DNA from: Chitinophaga pinensis
GTDB taxonomy: Bacteria; Bacteroidota; Bacteroidia; Chitinophagales; Chitinophagaceae
DNA: 64,000 bases
Direction: 5' to 3'
Assembly (NCBI GenBank): GCA_945862385.1
Contig: CAMAXV010000003.1
Coordinates: 156,522-220,521 of the forward strand
Positions 25,752-36,328 of the stretch are shown one piece after another; position 1 is the first letter of the stretch; each line of letters begins with the position of its first letter. Under the pieces are notes generated by a model. That model searched no databases. It was not told the DNA's origin and saw nothing but the letters and a program-made list of their open reading frames with translations. Position numbers and translations under genes: made by a program.

Positions 25752-27815
25752 TTAGAAATCGTCCCCGGTAAATATTTTTTGTTCATTGCTGAACAGGGTC
25801 TGTTTGGTAGAGGATGTATTACCAACCATTGTATTTACGGGGTATTCGATGCGGGAAGTAGCATAAGAAACAATGGCCATACCTGCATTGTAATGTATCA
25901 GGTTTAAACGGATGGTAACATCTTTGGAACCATTATGTAAAAATGGAAGCATAATACCATGAGCATCATTCGCTTCAATAAGATTATCAGAAATTAAAAC
26001 CCGTGCTGATTCATTGATCAAAACGCCATGAAATGCATTTCTTGCAATCTCATTATTTTGAATTACTGCGTTGTTACATGCATCCAAAACTAAACCAGCC
26101 CCAAATGGAGAAGTTGATAGTCGGCTTTCAGAAACTTTTATATTGCTGCAATGAGACAAAAGCAGGTTATGCTGAAGTTTTGGCCCCGGTACTACATTCC
26201 CGCCATTTTCACTGAAATCACAATCTACGATTTCAATATTACTCCCTCCACTGATAAATACACCATTGTAAGTACAATTGCGGAGCGTAACATTTCTCAA
26301 TAAGATGCTATCTATTTGACCCGTTTTATTTGCCCGGAAAATAATACCCCCCCTGTTATATCCTCCTCTGTAAGATCTGGTTGAATTTGGATCCTGACCT
26401 GGGTCTGTTTTATTCGAACCTTCAACAACGAGATTCTGGATTTTGATGTTACTTATTTCAGGATTAGCATTCTCCATAACATCTCTTGAAGCAGATGAAG
26501 GATCCAAAAATAGGATTGTGGCTGCACCATTACCTGATAAATGGGTGTTTGAAGGTATTTTCAAGGTTTGAGGTATTTTATGAATACCTGACTTTAAAAA
26601 AACAGATTTATTATTAACTGAAGCTGTATTAATGGCGTCCTGAACCGATTCACCAGGGTTAACAATTATCGCATCTTCGGAAGGTTTAAGCCCAGTATTG
26701 AACTTTGCCCCTGAAATATATCCGTTCTTGTACGGTTGATCTAATAATTGCTGACTACTTCCTTTTCGAGTGATTTCCCTAACTGAGCTTAAAATGCTTC
26801 GTGAGGCTTTGGGTCTTATGGAATCAGCGGCTTGCTGTGTCCATGGTAAGGCTATGCCCAAATTTTTATAATGTACAGAAACAACTTCATAATCATCACG
26901 TAATGCTTTTGCCCTGTCTGATATCTTGCAATAACACGAGGGCAATTCTCCCAGCAAATAACGCGCTGTAAACTCAAAACCCAACGCAAGTCTGTTATTC
27001 CCAACAGCAAATAAATCTACACCCTGAGAATATGCAACCTGAGCAGCACCTGCGAACTCACCCAATCCAAGCTGAACATGCGCTTGATCCCGAGGCGTTT
27101 CCTGGCACTGCCCGTTTGGATATATATACTTGAAAATACTGCCATTAAAGGGTGCCCGCAGATAATGATTTACCGCATTGTTGAACATTTCTCTGTTATC
27201 AAGGTAAATACCAATTGCTAGGAGAGTATGAATGATAGCACCATCCCAATTCCCATTGGCCTGAGGATAATAATATCTCAAAAGTGGATAATACACTTTT
27301 TGTAACATCCCACGAAAGCTATCCTGATCTTCTGAAGACCATCCTGAATGACTATACTTAAGAAGTTCTGCTGCATTGCATAACAAATGGCCTGTCCATG
27401 CAGCAAGTAATTTCGCATCATTGAAATCAAAATCCCATAATGTCGCGGACCATGCATTTAAAATGGCTATCGCCTTTCCTGCATATTTTTTTTCTCCTGT
27501 TAAATACCACAATAATGCATTATCATACGCCAGATTCGCCCCATTCCTCAAATCATCACCACCTATATTCGGTTTACCATAAGGACCGCGCAAAACATGG
27601 GCATAGGCCTGAATCCTGAAAGGAGTGTCTGCAGTTGCCTTTAACCTGAGGAAGGCAGCCTGATATGGCTGCCTTCCTTCTAGAATGACTTTTTTTAAAA
27701 AATCCAAGTCCCCTTTAGTTTGGTTAATTCCTGGATGATTAAATGGCTGGGAATAACTAAGGCTTTGTATCGCCAACATCATCAAAATGATGAAAAATCG
27801 TTTTTCCCGTACCAT
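25752..27815 (-). CDS. fusion protein: N-terminal alginate-lyase (PF05426-like) domain plus C-terminal right-handed parallel beta-helix domain
   Basis: Start at the ATG at 27815 (MVREKRFFIILMMLAIQSLSYSQ signal peptide). The N-half has NHPGINQTKGDLDFLK...LWYLTGEKKYAGKAIAILNAWS...GNWDG. The C-half has repeated NxxIxxN beta-helix turns (NVTLRNCTYNGVFISGGSNIEIVDCDF, IQNNEIARNAFHGVLI). The track N-terminal extension overlaps the upstream gene. Confidence 0.65.
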   Translation of the reverse strand: MVREKRFFIILMMLAIQSLSYSQPFNHPGINQTKGDLDFLKKVILEGRQPYQAAFLRLKATADTPFRIQAYAHVLRGPYGKPNIGGDDLRNGANLAYDNALLWYLTGEKKYAGKAIAILNAWSATLWDFDFNDAKLLAAWTGHLLCNAAELLKYSHSGWSSEDQDSFRGMLQKVYYPLLRYYYPQANGNWDGAIIHTLLAIGIYLDNREMFNNAVNHYLRAPFNGSIFKYIYPNGQCQETPRDQAHVQLGLGEFAGAAQVAYSQGVDLFAVGNNRLALGFEFTARYLLGELPSCYCKISDRAKALRDDYEVVSVHYKNLGIALPWTQQAADSIRPKASRSILSSVREITRKGSSQQLLDQPYKNGYISGAKFNTGLKPSEDAIIVNPGESVQDAINTASVNNKSVFLKSGIHKIPQTLKIPSNTHLSGNGAATILFLDPSSASRDVMENANPEISNIKIQNLVVEGSNKTDPGQDPNSTRSYRGGYNRGGIIFRANKTGQIDSILLRNVTLRNCTYNGVFISGGSNIEIVDCDFSENGGNVVPGPKLQHNLLLSHCSNIKVSESRLSTSPFGAGLVLDACNNAVIQNNEIARNAFHGVLINESARVLISDNLIEANDAHGIMLPFLHNGSKDVTIRLNLIHYNAGMAIVSYATSRIEYPVNTMVGNTSSTKQTLFSNEQKIFTGDDF

Positions 27816-27825
27816 ATCTAAACAT

Positions 27826-28806
27826 TTATAACGTATACCTGAGCATACTGATAACGGCACTGCCGTTGGCATTGACGGAATTAACGAATATGTAGGCTTT
27901 GTATTTTTTATCGGCAGTTTCCACCCAGGTACCTGCCTCTGCCCGCAATCCCAACGCGTAGTTAGGAGCATCAGTCAGATCTACTTCCTGCAAATCCTTG
28001 TCATCCACATAAATACCGAACTGGAGATTCGCCAGATTTCTGTCTTGCAGGTTAAACACCTTCCGAACTTTTGTACTGCGGTTAACACCAGACGGTAAAG
28101 TTACACCAGGTAAATATATAGACTCAGCACCTGGTGAAACCAGGGCATGTGTAAATGTTGTAGGAGTAGCCCTGTATAAATAAACCAGATCAACCTTACC
28201 TGCATTTGCTGCTGCCTCTGCAGCGGTATATGCGGTCATATTTTCAATTGAAACATAAGCAAGATTGCCATTAGAAACTGCAATATTCCTCTTGATGCCC
28301 ATTTTAGCTATTGTGTATGGCCCCATTTTGTAGGATACAGTCTGACCATTACTGCTGGTTGCTGAAAAAGTAAAGGTTACTGACTGTCCGCGTGCTTCCT
28401 CTGGTATAACATAAAAGTAACGAAGTGTGGCCGCAGTGGTATCCACAGAGAACGTAACTTTTGTGGCTTTACCTTCATTAGAGGAGGGAATACCAACTGT
28501 AACAGGCACATCCACACCACTGGTATTGGTAAAATATGACCTATGCTCCAGGTAAGTTCCTGTAGCACCAGCAATAGATGCTTCAACCTGAGCAGAGACA
28601 AGTTTACCTTTACTTTTAGGTATAGCCATTGCATAAGCAAACTCAATAGGAAGGCTTACTATATTGGGTCCGATAGTACGTTTAATGCAGTCGTTGGTCA
28701 GATCTGAAACAGGATCAGGTACAACATATTCATCTTTCTGACAAGAAGAGAATAGTAAAGTTGAGAAAACAACCAGAACTGCTATATTTTTTTTGATGAA
28801 ACGCAT
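27826..28806 (-). CDS. PUL-associated surface lipoprotein (SusE/F-like position), function unknown
   Basis: Lipoprotein signal MRFIKKNIAVLVVFSTLLFSSCQKD. It sits downstream of susD plus a small lipoprotein. Composition is beta-rich. Confidence 0.5.
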   Translation of the reverse strand: MRFIKKNIAVLVVFSTLLFSSCQKDEYVVPDPVSDLTNDCIKRTIGPNIVSLPIEFAYAMAIPKSKGKLVSAQVEASIAGATGTYLEHRSYFTNTSGVDVPVTVGIPSSNEGKATKVTFSVDTTAATLRYFYVIPEEARGQSVTFTFSATSSNGQTVSYKMGPYTIAKMGIKRNIAVSNGNLAYVSIENMTAYTAAEAAANAGKVDLVYLYRATPTTFTHALVSPGAESIYLPGVTLPSGVNRSTKVRKVFNLQDRNLANLQFGIYVDDKDLQEVDLTDAPNYALGLRAEAGTWVETADKKYKAYIFVNSVNANGSAVISMLRYTL

Positions 28807-28830
28807 CTTAAGTGTTTTAGAAAGTTTTGG

Positions 28831-29232
28831 TTATTGGAATTTAATATTCAAGCTGTATTCTTTCCTGATTTTCCGATTTCCGGAAACAACAGTATATTTT
28901 TTGGGATTTGCCAGGTCCGACAGATCTGTTCTGCCAGTCACTTTGGGATCAAGCTTACAGTCAGTAGCCAATGTGAACTGCGGATACACATTTTTAAGGT
29001 CTGTACCAAAGAGTACAGTAACGTTAATTGTCTGTGCTGTTGTATCAATAACGGGCACTGCAGCTCTCACGGTAACAAAGTCTGAACCAAGCAGTTCAAA
29101 ATTACTCACAAAACATTCCTGACGCTCAGTGATGAGAAGACCGTCTTCATCTACAGGAACATCCTTTGAGCAGCTCACAGCAATTGCCGTAATGGATATG
29201 ATGGCAATTAAAGTCTTATATATTCTTGTCAT
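28831..29232 (-). CDS. small PUL-associated lipoprotein
   Basis: The ATG at 29232 gives MTRIYKTLIAIISITAIAVSCSKD (lipobox). It lies directly downstream of susD. Confidence 0.45.
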   Translation of the reverse strand: MTRIYKTLIAIISITAIAVSCSKDVPVDEDGLLITERQECFVSNFELLGSDFVTVRAAVPVIDTTAQTINVTVLFGTDLKNVYPQFTLATDCKLDPKVTGRTDLSDLANPKKYTVVSGNRKIRKEYSLNIKFQ

Positions 29233-29275
29233 TAAATCTCTTTTTAGGGTTTTCAATATTGCTTCATCCAAGTGA

Positions 29276-31135
29276 TTATCTCCAGGGGATATTCTGAGTG
29301 AGTTTAGGATTCAGATCACGCTCTGTTGGTGGTATTCTGAATATATAATCTTGCTGATATACCCTGTCAATTGTATTCTGATAATAGCGTTGCTGATTTG
29401 CACCCCATGTGTCTTGCCGCCATACTCCAGGGCCACCAGGTCCACCCCAAACACGCTCAATTGCTCTCCACCTGCGGAGATCAAATCCCCTGTGACCTTC
29501 AGCAACAAGTTCAATGATACGCTCTTGTTCAATAGCATTAAAAAAGTCCTGCTTACTGGCATACTTTGCAGGTGCCAGTGCAGGCAGAGCTCCCCTTGCC
29601 CTTACTCTGTTTACCAAGGCTACTGCATCAGCCAAAGGACCGCTTACTTCATTTGAAGCTTCAGCATACATCAGGTAAACATCAGCTAAACGCATTACAG
29701 GAAATGCATAATCCCCTTCAGATCGACCTAAACCTTGATAATTTCTAACAAACTTTCTAAATACATAGCCTGAATTAGAACCATCGGTATTGTAGGTTAT
29801 GTATTTAGTCCCATTGAGTGTAATATTTGCAGCCCATGTTCTATAAATAAAAGGAGAAAACCCGGTAGACTTTAGAGATGTCAAACCAATTGTTTGTTCA
29901 TAATCCCACATAATACTAGATTTCATTCTATAATCTCTGTTAGCATATGTATTGGGATTCACTGCGGAATTCAATGTGGTCCGGGCAGCTGGATTTGTTG
30001 TTGGATTTAACTGAACCATTTTAGGAGCAAAATCACCCGTAGTTATCAGCTGATATCGGTCGGCAATCTCATACCTCGGGGATGCCCAACACTGAGATCC
30101 TTCAATTGTTCTGCCAGAAAAATCCCGCATCAGTTCTTCTCCCTGAGATGGGTTTGTTGGTGTTCCGTTGTGGGTAAATACCATAATCATTTCTGGATTT
30201 CCATTTGCCTTGGGAGTAAACAACTCATAATAGTTGGGAAGGATGTCAGCCTTGCCCAAAACATCAATCTGACCTGGATCACCATTTTTATATAAAGTGA
30301 GTCCAAAGTCGTTCGCAACCGATTTTAAATCATTCGCAGCTGCCGTAAATGCAGCTGTAGCTTCACTAGCATTTTGCTGAAATCCCTCAAGCTCTGGCCA
30401 GCCATTCTTTTTCCAGCTTCCCCAGTAAAGGTTTAGCTTACCCCTGAACGCCAGTGCTGCAGGTTTGGCAGCTCTTCCTAATCCAAGAGATTTAGCCGGT
30501 AATTTGGCTACAGCATAATCAAAATCTGCCATAATTGAATCCTTTACCTGTTGTATAGGCATTCGGGAAACTTCTTTAACCTCGCTGTTATCATAGATAA
30601 TTTTGCTGATGTAAGGAACATCCCCCCACATCGATATCAGCCTGAAATAAGTCATTCCCCTCAAAAGTCTGGCTTCAGCTAGTATTGTTTCTAAATTTGT
30701 TAAGGTTGCTCCTGTGGCATTTGGAAGCATTTTGATATTTATATTCTCGATCACATAATTTGCCCGGTTTACTGAACCATAGAGATACCGGAAATATTTA
30801 TCAAAACTTCCACCATATCCTGAAGGATTATAGTTAGCACCCTGGTAAGCGTCACCACGTAAAATATTGCCATTCGTGGCACTTGTGCCGCGTACTCTTG
30901 TGTATTCACTGTGACCTTCGAAATAATAATCGCGGTCGAACACAGCCCTCGTTGCTGCATACGATGCCATCAGGGCAATAGTTGCATCTGCTTCCGTTTT
31001 CCAGAAAACTGTAGCAGCAAGTTCCCCTGTAGGTGTTCTGTCAAGCAATTCTTTCTTACAGGAAGAAAGTCCGAGTACCCACAAAGCAATCAGCATGTAA
31101 CTGCCCCATTTTATTTTATTCATTGTTCTTTTCAT
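29276..31135 (-). CDS. susD: SusD/RagB-family nutrient-binding outer-membrane lipoprotein
   Basis: Lipobox LGLSSCKK. Typical SusD blocks include LLRGMTYFRLISMWGDVPY and RAWRFDLRRW-like RGFDLRRWR. It lies immediately downstream of susC. Confidence 0.9.
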   Translation of the reverse strand: MKRTMNKIKWGSYMLIALWVLGLSSCKKELLDRTPTGELAATVFWKTEADATIALMASYAATRAVFDRDYYFEGHSEYTRVRGTSATNGNILRGDAYQGANYNPSGYGGSFDKYFRYLYGSVNRANYVIENINIKMLPNATGATLTNLETILAEARLLRGMTYFRLISMWGDVPYISKIIYDNSEVKEVSRMPIQQVKDSIMADFDYAVAKLPAKSLGLGRAAKPAALAFRGKLNLYWGSWKKNGWPELEGFQQNASEATAAFTAAANDLKSVANDFGLTLYKNGDPGQIDVLGKADILPNYYELFTPKANGNPEMIMVFTHNGTPTNPSQGEELMRDFSGRTIEGSQCWASPRYEIADRYQLITTGDFAPKMVQLNPTTNPAARTTLNSAVNPNTYANRDYRMKSSIMWDYEQTIGLTSLKSTGFSPFIYRTWAANITLNGTKYITYNTDGSNSGYVFRKFVRNYQGLGRSEGDYAFPVMRLADVYLMYAEASNEVSGPLADAVALVNRVRARGALPALAPAKYASKQDFFNAIEQERIIELVAEGHRGFDLRRWRAIERVWGGPGGPGVWRQDTWGANQQRYYQNTIDRVYQQDYIFRIPPTERDLNPKLTQNIPWR

Positions 31136-31146
31136 TGTTGCAAGTA

Positions 31147-34100
31147 TTAGAAGCTAAGGTTAACGGCGATTGAATAAGACTTGTTAATTGGGTATACATT
31201 GTTATCGTCGCCCTGTTTTTCAGGATCTAAACCACGATAGGCTGTAAGTGTACCAATATTTTCTGCAGTTCCAACTATCCTCAGGTTTGTTACACCCAAT
31301 CTGGCCAAAGCCTTTCCTGGAATGGTATAACCGAGTTGAATATTTTTCGCACGCAGATAGCTCATATCATCAAGCCAGAATGTAGAAGCCTGACGGTTGT
31401 TTCCGCTTCCACCAAGTCTTGGCCAGAGACCAGCCCTGTTATCCCAAGACCAGGGATTATTGAGATGTTCCCATGATGCGGCATATCTTGCATTATTGAA
31501 GTTGGTGTTGTTGTAAATATTCAACCAATAATCTTTTCGTCCGGAAGCACCTTGCACAAAAACAGATAAATCAAACCCTTTGTAAGAGACAAATGCATTC
31601 AATGCAAAAGTTGTTGTTGGACGCTCTTGCTGCAACTCGGGATATGCCTTACGGTCATCAGCTGTAATCCTGCCATCACCATTAAGGTCTTTGAGTAGGA
31701 TATCACCAGGAGCGGCTCCTTGTGGCGTTGTATTATAAATCTGAGCCCAGCTCTGTGCTATACCCATATCTTCATAACTATAAACAAACTGATAAGGCAT
31801 GTTGATAAATATGTTTCCCCTCAACAACTGCTGATTCCATTGCTCCAGGTTAGTTCTGTTGTATGAAGCATTCATATTAACTCCATATTGAACTTTACCA
31901 ATCCTGTCTTTCCAGGATAAATCAAACTCAATACCACGGTTACGCAAATTTCCAATATTTGTTCTTGGGGGCGGACTGTATGCTCCGGTAAGGAAAATGG
32001 AAAACTCTGATGGGCGATTCATTCCAGTTGTAAGCCTGTCATAATAGTCAATGGCAGCTGTAAGTCTGTTGCGCATAAATGCCAGATCCAGACCAAGGTT
32101 AAGCACAGATGTTGTTTCCCAGGTAAGGAACCTGTTAATCATTTTACTGTTAGCAAAACCGCGTTGTACAGCAGTTCCAACAACATAGTTGATATTGCTT
32201 AAGGTCTCCTGTTGTTCAAACCTACCTACTCCGCTGTTGTTACCAAGGCTGCCGTAAGATGCCCTGAACTTACCACTTGTTAGAAACCTGTCAGTCACTT
32301 TTTGAACAAACTCTTCTTCTGTAAATTTCCAGCCTACAGCTACAGATGGGAAAACACCAAATCTACTGCCAGGCAGGAACTTGGAAGAACCATCAACACG
32401 CACATTGGCTTCAAACAGGTACTTATTGAATCCAGTATAGTTAAACCTTCCAATGTAAGAGCGAAGTCCTTCTGTAGTAGAGTTACCGCTGGTAGATTGG
32501 ATATCAGTAAGGGCAGCATTAATCTCTGTAAGGGAAGGGTGAAGCCTGTCATTTCTGGAACTACCCTGACTACGGTCGTACCAAAATTCCTCGTTGTAAA
32601 CAAACATTGCTGCAATGTCATGGTCTGTTCCAAACCTTTTGTTATAGTTAGCACGTGCATTGAACAATGTTTTGTATCCAGTTGATGTATTGTTGGATAT
32701 ACCGGCATTCTGTCCAACATAAACCCTGCTTCCGAATGATTGGGTCTGGAAGTTATAAGCCTGATTAGGCGTATTAGCCTGATATTGAAATTGGTTATAG
32801 TAATTCAATGCATAATCAGCCCTAAGTGTCAATCCTTTAACTGGCGCCCAATCATAAAACATTTGGGTATTTAACTCCTGTCTTGTTCTTCTTGATAGGG
32901 AATTTATATAAAGGGTATATGGATTGTAAGCCTGTGGATCTTCCCCATAAGCCATGACACCACCAAAATATCCAGTCTTTGGATCATAAGGCAAAAGCCC
33001 GGCTATCGCATATTGCATGTCATTTCCGGCAGTATTCGATGATGAAGGATCATTAAAACCTTCAGCAAGAGCATATATATAATTGGACCAGTTACCGTTA
33101 AACCGGAATCCAACATTCATGTTGTTTTTAATTTTAGAATCAAAATTAAACCTGGCATTGTACTGCTTGTAATCGTTATTAAGCTGCAATCCTTTTTCAT
33201 CCTTGAGTCCTGCTGAAACATAGAAGTTAGAAGTTTCATTACCTCCTGTTGCAGAAAGGTTATAATTCTGGAAGGAACCCTGACGTAAAATAATGTCCCA
33301 TACATCTGTATTAGGAAACTTCACCGGATCTATCATGCTCATTGCCAACCACTGATCAACTGTACCATCCCTGAACAACTGATTTCCACGAAGCGTTGAT
33401 ACTGCTGTACGACGCTGCTGTACTAACAATGCCCTTGAGTAGTCATCCATAAAATCCTGACCACGGGTAGGTGCGATGATTGAACTGTTGCTGGTAAAAT
33501 TCAGTGAAGTTTTTTTAGCTCCCTTTCCACTCCGTGTGGTGATCAGGATTACACCATTGGCAGCGCGGGAACCATACACTGATGAGGAAGTGGCATCCTT
33601 CAGCACAGAAATAGTTTCAATATCATTTATATTGATTCTGTTGATATCCACATCCGGCATTCCATCCACCACTATGAGGGGGCTTGCATTATTAACGGTT
33701 CCAAGTCCCCTGATCAGGAGAGTCGCATCATTATTTCCAGCCATACCAGATGACTGCACAGCCTGTAAGCCCGGAACCAATCCAGTCAAGGCAGAAGAAG
33801 CATTGGGTAATGCCCTGCTTACTAACCTTTCATCAACATTAACCTGAGAAACAGCACCTACCAGATTAACCTTTTTTTGTTTGCCATATCCCACAACCAC
33901 AACATCATTCAAAGATGATGACTTGGGTTTCAGGACAACCAGGTAATTGGACTCAGATCCTATTTTAAGTGTGAAGCTTTCATATGTTGAGGAAGAAAAA
34001 ACAAGCTCATCGCCTGGTGAAGCATTGATCTTAAAAGATCCTGCACCGTCTGTTGTTGTTCCGGACTGACTGTTCTTTAATACAACGGAAATTTTAGCAA

Positions 34101-34245
34101 GGGCTTCACCAGTCTCATCTTTTACTGTTCCAGTGACTGACTTCTGTTGTGCTAAAATTTCTGCTGGGGCAATTAAGGAAGCAATTAATAAAAACATTGC
34201 TGTGGCCAAATTTCTTGGCATCCACAGGCATTTTTTCATGCGCAT
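31147..34245 (-). CDS. susC: SusC/RagA-family TonB-dependent outer-membrane transporter
   Basis: 1032 aa. It has an N-terminal carboxypeptidase-regulatory-like domain (VTGTVKDETGEALAKISVVLK), a plug with a TonB box region (VVVGYGKQKK) and a C-terminal aromatic residue (F). Confidence 0.9.
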   Translation of the reverse strand: MRMKKCLWMPRNLATAMFLLIASLIAPAEILAQQKSVTGTVKDETGEALAKISVVLKNSQSGTTTDGAGSFKINASPGDELVFSSSTYESFTLKIGSESNYLVVLKPKSSSLNDVVVVGYGKQKKVNLVGAVSQVNVDERLVSRALPNASSALTGLVPGLQAVQSSGMAGNNDATLLIRGLGTVNNASPLIVVDGMPDVDINRININDIETISVLKDATSSSVYGSRAANGVILITTRSGKGAKKTSLNFTSNSSIIAPTRGQDFMDDYSRALLVQQRRTAVSTLRGNQLFRDGTVDQWLAMSMIDPVKFPNTDVWDIILRQGSFQNYNLSATGGNETSNFYVSAGLKDEKGLQLNNDYKQYNARFNFDSKIKNNMNVGFRFNGNWSNYIYALAEGFNDPSSSNTAGNDMQYAIAGLLPYDPKTGYFGGVMAYGEDPQAYNPYTLYINSLSRRTRQELNTQMFYDWAPVKGLTLRADYALNYYNQFQYQANTPNQAYNFQTQSFGSRVYVGQNAGISNNTSTGYKTLFNARANYNKRFGTDHDIAAMFVYNEEFWYDRSQGSSRNDRLHPSLTEINAALTDIQSTSGNSTTEGLRSYIGRFNYTGFNKYLFEANVRVDGSSKFLPGSRFGVFPSVAVGWKFTEEEFVQKVTDRFLTSGKFRASYGSLGNNSGVGRFEQQETLSNINYVVGTAVQRGFANSKMINRFLTWETTSVLNLGLDLAFMRNRLTAAIDYYDRLTTGMNRPSEFSIFLTGAYSPPPRTNIGNLRNRGIEFDLSWKDRIGKVQYGVNMNASYNRTNLEQWNQQLLRGNIFINMPYQFVYSYEDMGIAQSWAQIYNTTPQGAAPGDILLKDLNGDGRITADDRKAYPELQQERPTTTFALNAFVSYKGFDLSVFVQGASGRKDYWLNIYNNTNFNNARYAASWEHLNNPWSWDNRAGLWPRLGGSGNNRQASTFWLDDMSYLRAKNIQLGYTIPGKALARLGVTNLRIVGTAENIGTLTAYRGLDPEKQGDDNNVYPINKSYSIAVNLSF

Positions 34246-34456
34246 AAGATAGCATTTAGTTTTCGTTTTAGAAGGAATCTCAACACCAATGTTAATAAAA
34301 TACTAAAAGATTGGAAAAAATATAAACGAAAACGATTTCGCTACATTAATCAACATTTAAACTACAGCAAAAACTGTTTTGACAGAGAATGTGGTAAAAA
34401 ACTGACAAATGTGTTTTTTCATTACCTTTACCCCCCACTGAAATCTTTATTAATTT

Positions 34457-35440
34457 ATGGCAGAGATCAGTACTAGACAATTTCTGGAGTTTGAGAAGCC
34501 AATCAAAGATCTTTTTGATCAGATTGAGCAATTGAAAATAACTGCTGAAAAAAACAACCTGGACCTCACTGACTCCATCAGGCAGCTCGAAGAAAAAATT
34601 GAGGAGAAGAAAATTGAGATTACTCAAAATTTGACTAGCTGGCAAAAAGTGCAACTTAGCCGGCACCCTGACAGGCCTTACACCCTTTCTTATATTGAAA
34701 GAATGTGCACCGACTTTGTGGAATTGCATGGCGACAGGAGTTTCAAAGACGACAAAGCCATTGTTGGTGGTTTCGGGAAAATAGACGGTCAAACGGTCAT
34801 GATCCTGGGTCAGCAGAAAGGTGTAAATACAAAAATGAGGCAACTCAGAAACTTTGGTATGGCAAACCCGGAGGGATATCGCAAAGCCCTGCGTCTGATG
34901 AAACTTGCTGAAAAATTCAATAAACCTGTTGTAACGCTTGTAGATACTCCTGGCGCATTCCCGGGTATTGAAGCTGAAGAACGTGGACAGGGAGAAGCCA
35001 TTGCCAAAAATATTTTTGAGATGCTACGGTTGAAGGTACCGGTCATCTGTATCATCATAGGAGAAGGTGCCTCCGGAGGTGCCATGGGGATAGGCGTGGG
35101 AGACCGCGTTTACATGATGGCCAATACATGGTATACCGTCATTTCCCCTGAAAGTTGTAGTTCTATTTTATGGAGAAGCTGGGAGCAGAAGGAAAAAGCA
35201 GCAGAAGAACTGAAACTGACCTCCGATCATATGCTTGGGTTTGGATTAGTAGATGGAATCATTCCTGAACCGGTTGGCGGTGCTCACTGGAATCCGGATG
35301 AAGCTGCAGCAATGCTGAAAAAGCAAATATTATCTGCTCTCGATGAGCTGAAACCCTTAGAACCGGAAACACGAATAGATCAACGGATAGATAAATTTGC
35401 CAATATGGGCAGGTGGATTGAAGAAAGTCAAAATGTTTAA
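34457..35440 (+). CDS. accA: acetyl-CoA carboxylase carboxyltransferase subunit alpha
   Basis: [29 protein letters not shown] and IGEGASGGA blocks. Confidence 0.9.
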   Translation: MAEISTRQFLEFEKPIKDLFDQIEQLKITAEKNNLDLTDSIRQLEEKIEEKKIEITQNLTSWQKVQLSRHPDRPYTLSYIERMCTDFVELHGDRSFKDDKAIVGGFGKIDGQTVMILGQQKGVNTKMRQLRNFGMANPEGYRKALRLMKLAEKFNKPVVTLVDTPGAFPGIEAEERGQGEAIAKNIFEMLRLKVPVICIIIGEGASGGAMGIGVGDRVYMMANTWYTVISPESCSSILWRSWEQKEKAAEELKLTSDHMLGFGLVDGIIPEPVGGAHWNPDEAAAMLKKQILSALDELKPLEPETRIDQRIDKFANMGRWIEESQNV

Positions 35441-35446
35441 TACCCC

Positions 35447-36328
35447 ATGATTAATCATCCTTTTTCAGGTACAGGTGTAGCCATAGTAACCCCTTTCACG
35501 CCAAATGGCGACCTGGATAAACTTGGTTTAAAAAAACTGGTTACCCATCTCACTCATGGCAAGGTTGATTACCTTGTTGTTCTTGGCACAACCGGAGAAA
35601 ATGCGACTATCTCCAAAGAAGAAAAACAGGAGATCTTTTCATTGGTATCCGAATACAATGAAAATAAACTTAAACTGGTAGCAGGAATTGGCGGAAATGA
35701 TACCCGAAGTATTATAAATTCTTTCTCCACATTTGACCTTACAGGTTACAGTGCTATTTTATCTGTAAGTCCATATTATAACAAACCTAATCAGGAAGGC
35801 CTGTATCAACACTACAAGGCTATCAATGATGCCGCTCCGCTTCCTGTAATCATGTACAATGTACCCGGCAGGACAGGCATGAATGTAAGTGCTGCCACAA
35901 CTCTTCGTATAGCAAGGGATTGCAAGAATATTATTGCCACAAAGGAAGCTTCTGGCAACATGGAGCAAATGATGCAGATAATCAGTGATAAACCTGATGG
36001 TTTTGAACTGATAAGTGGTGACGACGGATTAACCCTTCCTCTGATCGCATGCGGTGCGATTGGTGTGATTTCTGTGGTTGCAAACGCTTATCCTGCTCAA
36101 TTCTCCACAATGGTCAACCAATGCCTTAAAGGGAATTTTTCAGAAGCAAGGCCGATACATGAAAAAATGCTCCCAATCATCCATTCTCTTTTTGCGGAAG
36201 GTAGTCCGGGTGGCGTCAAAGCCTATCTCTCAGCTATGGGCATAGTTGAAGAGTCGTTTCGTCTACCTGTTGTTGGTGTGAGTGACGCATTAAAAAACAC
36301 CATATATAATTTGATGAAATCCGTCTGA
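35447..36328 (+). CDS. dapA: 4-hydroxy-tetrahydrodipicolinate synthase
   Basis: GTGVAIVTPF, VLGTTGE, YNVPGRTG and IATKEASG (active-site Lys) motifs. Confidence 0.9.
   Translation: MINHPFSGTGVAIVTPFTPNGDLDKLGLKKLVTHLTHGKVDYLVVLGTTGENATISKEEKQEIFSLVSEYNENKLKLVAGIGGNDTRSIINSFSTFDLTGYSAILSVSPYYNKPNQEGLYQHYKAINDAAPLPVIMYNVPGRTGMNVSAATTLRIARDCKNIIATKEASGNMEQMMQIISDKPDGFELISGDDGLTLPLIACGAIGVISVVANAYPAQFSTMVNQCLKGNFSEARPIHEKMLPIIHSLFAEGSPGGVKAYLSAMGIVEESFRLPVVGVSDALKNTIYNLMKSV

Noticed and set aside
27816-27971. 52-aa N-terminal extension of the alginate-lyase/beta-helix ORF
   Set aside because: It overlaps the 3' end of the upstream lipoprotein gene. The internal ATG at 27815 yields a proper signal peptide.
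34346-34843. 165-aa minus-strand ORF spanning the susC-accA intergenic region and the accA 5' end
   Set aside because: It overlaps the well-supported accA on the opposite strand. It has no recognisable motifs, and its 5' half is antisense to accA.
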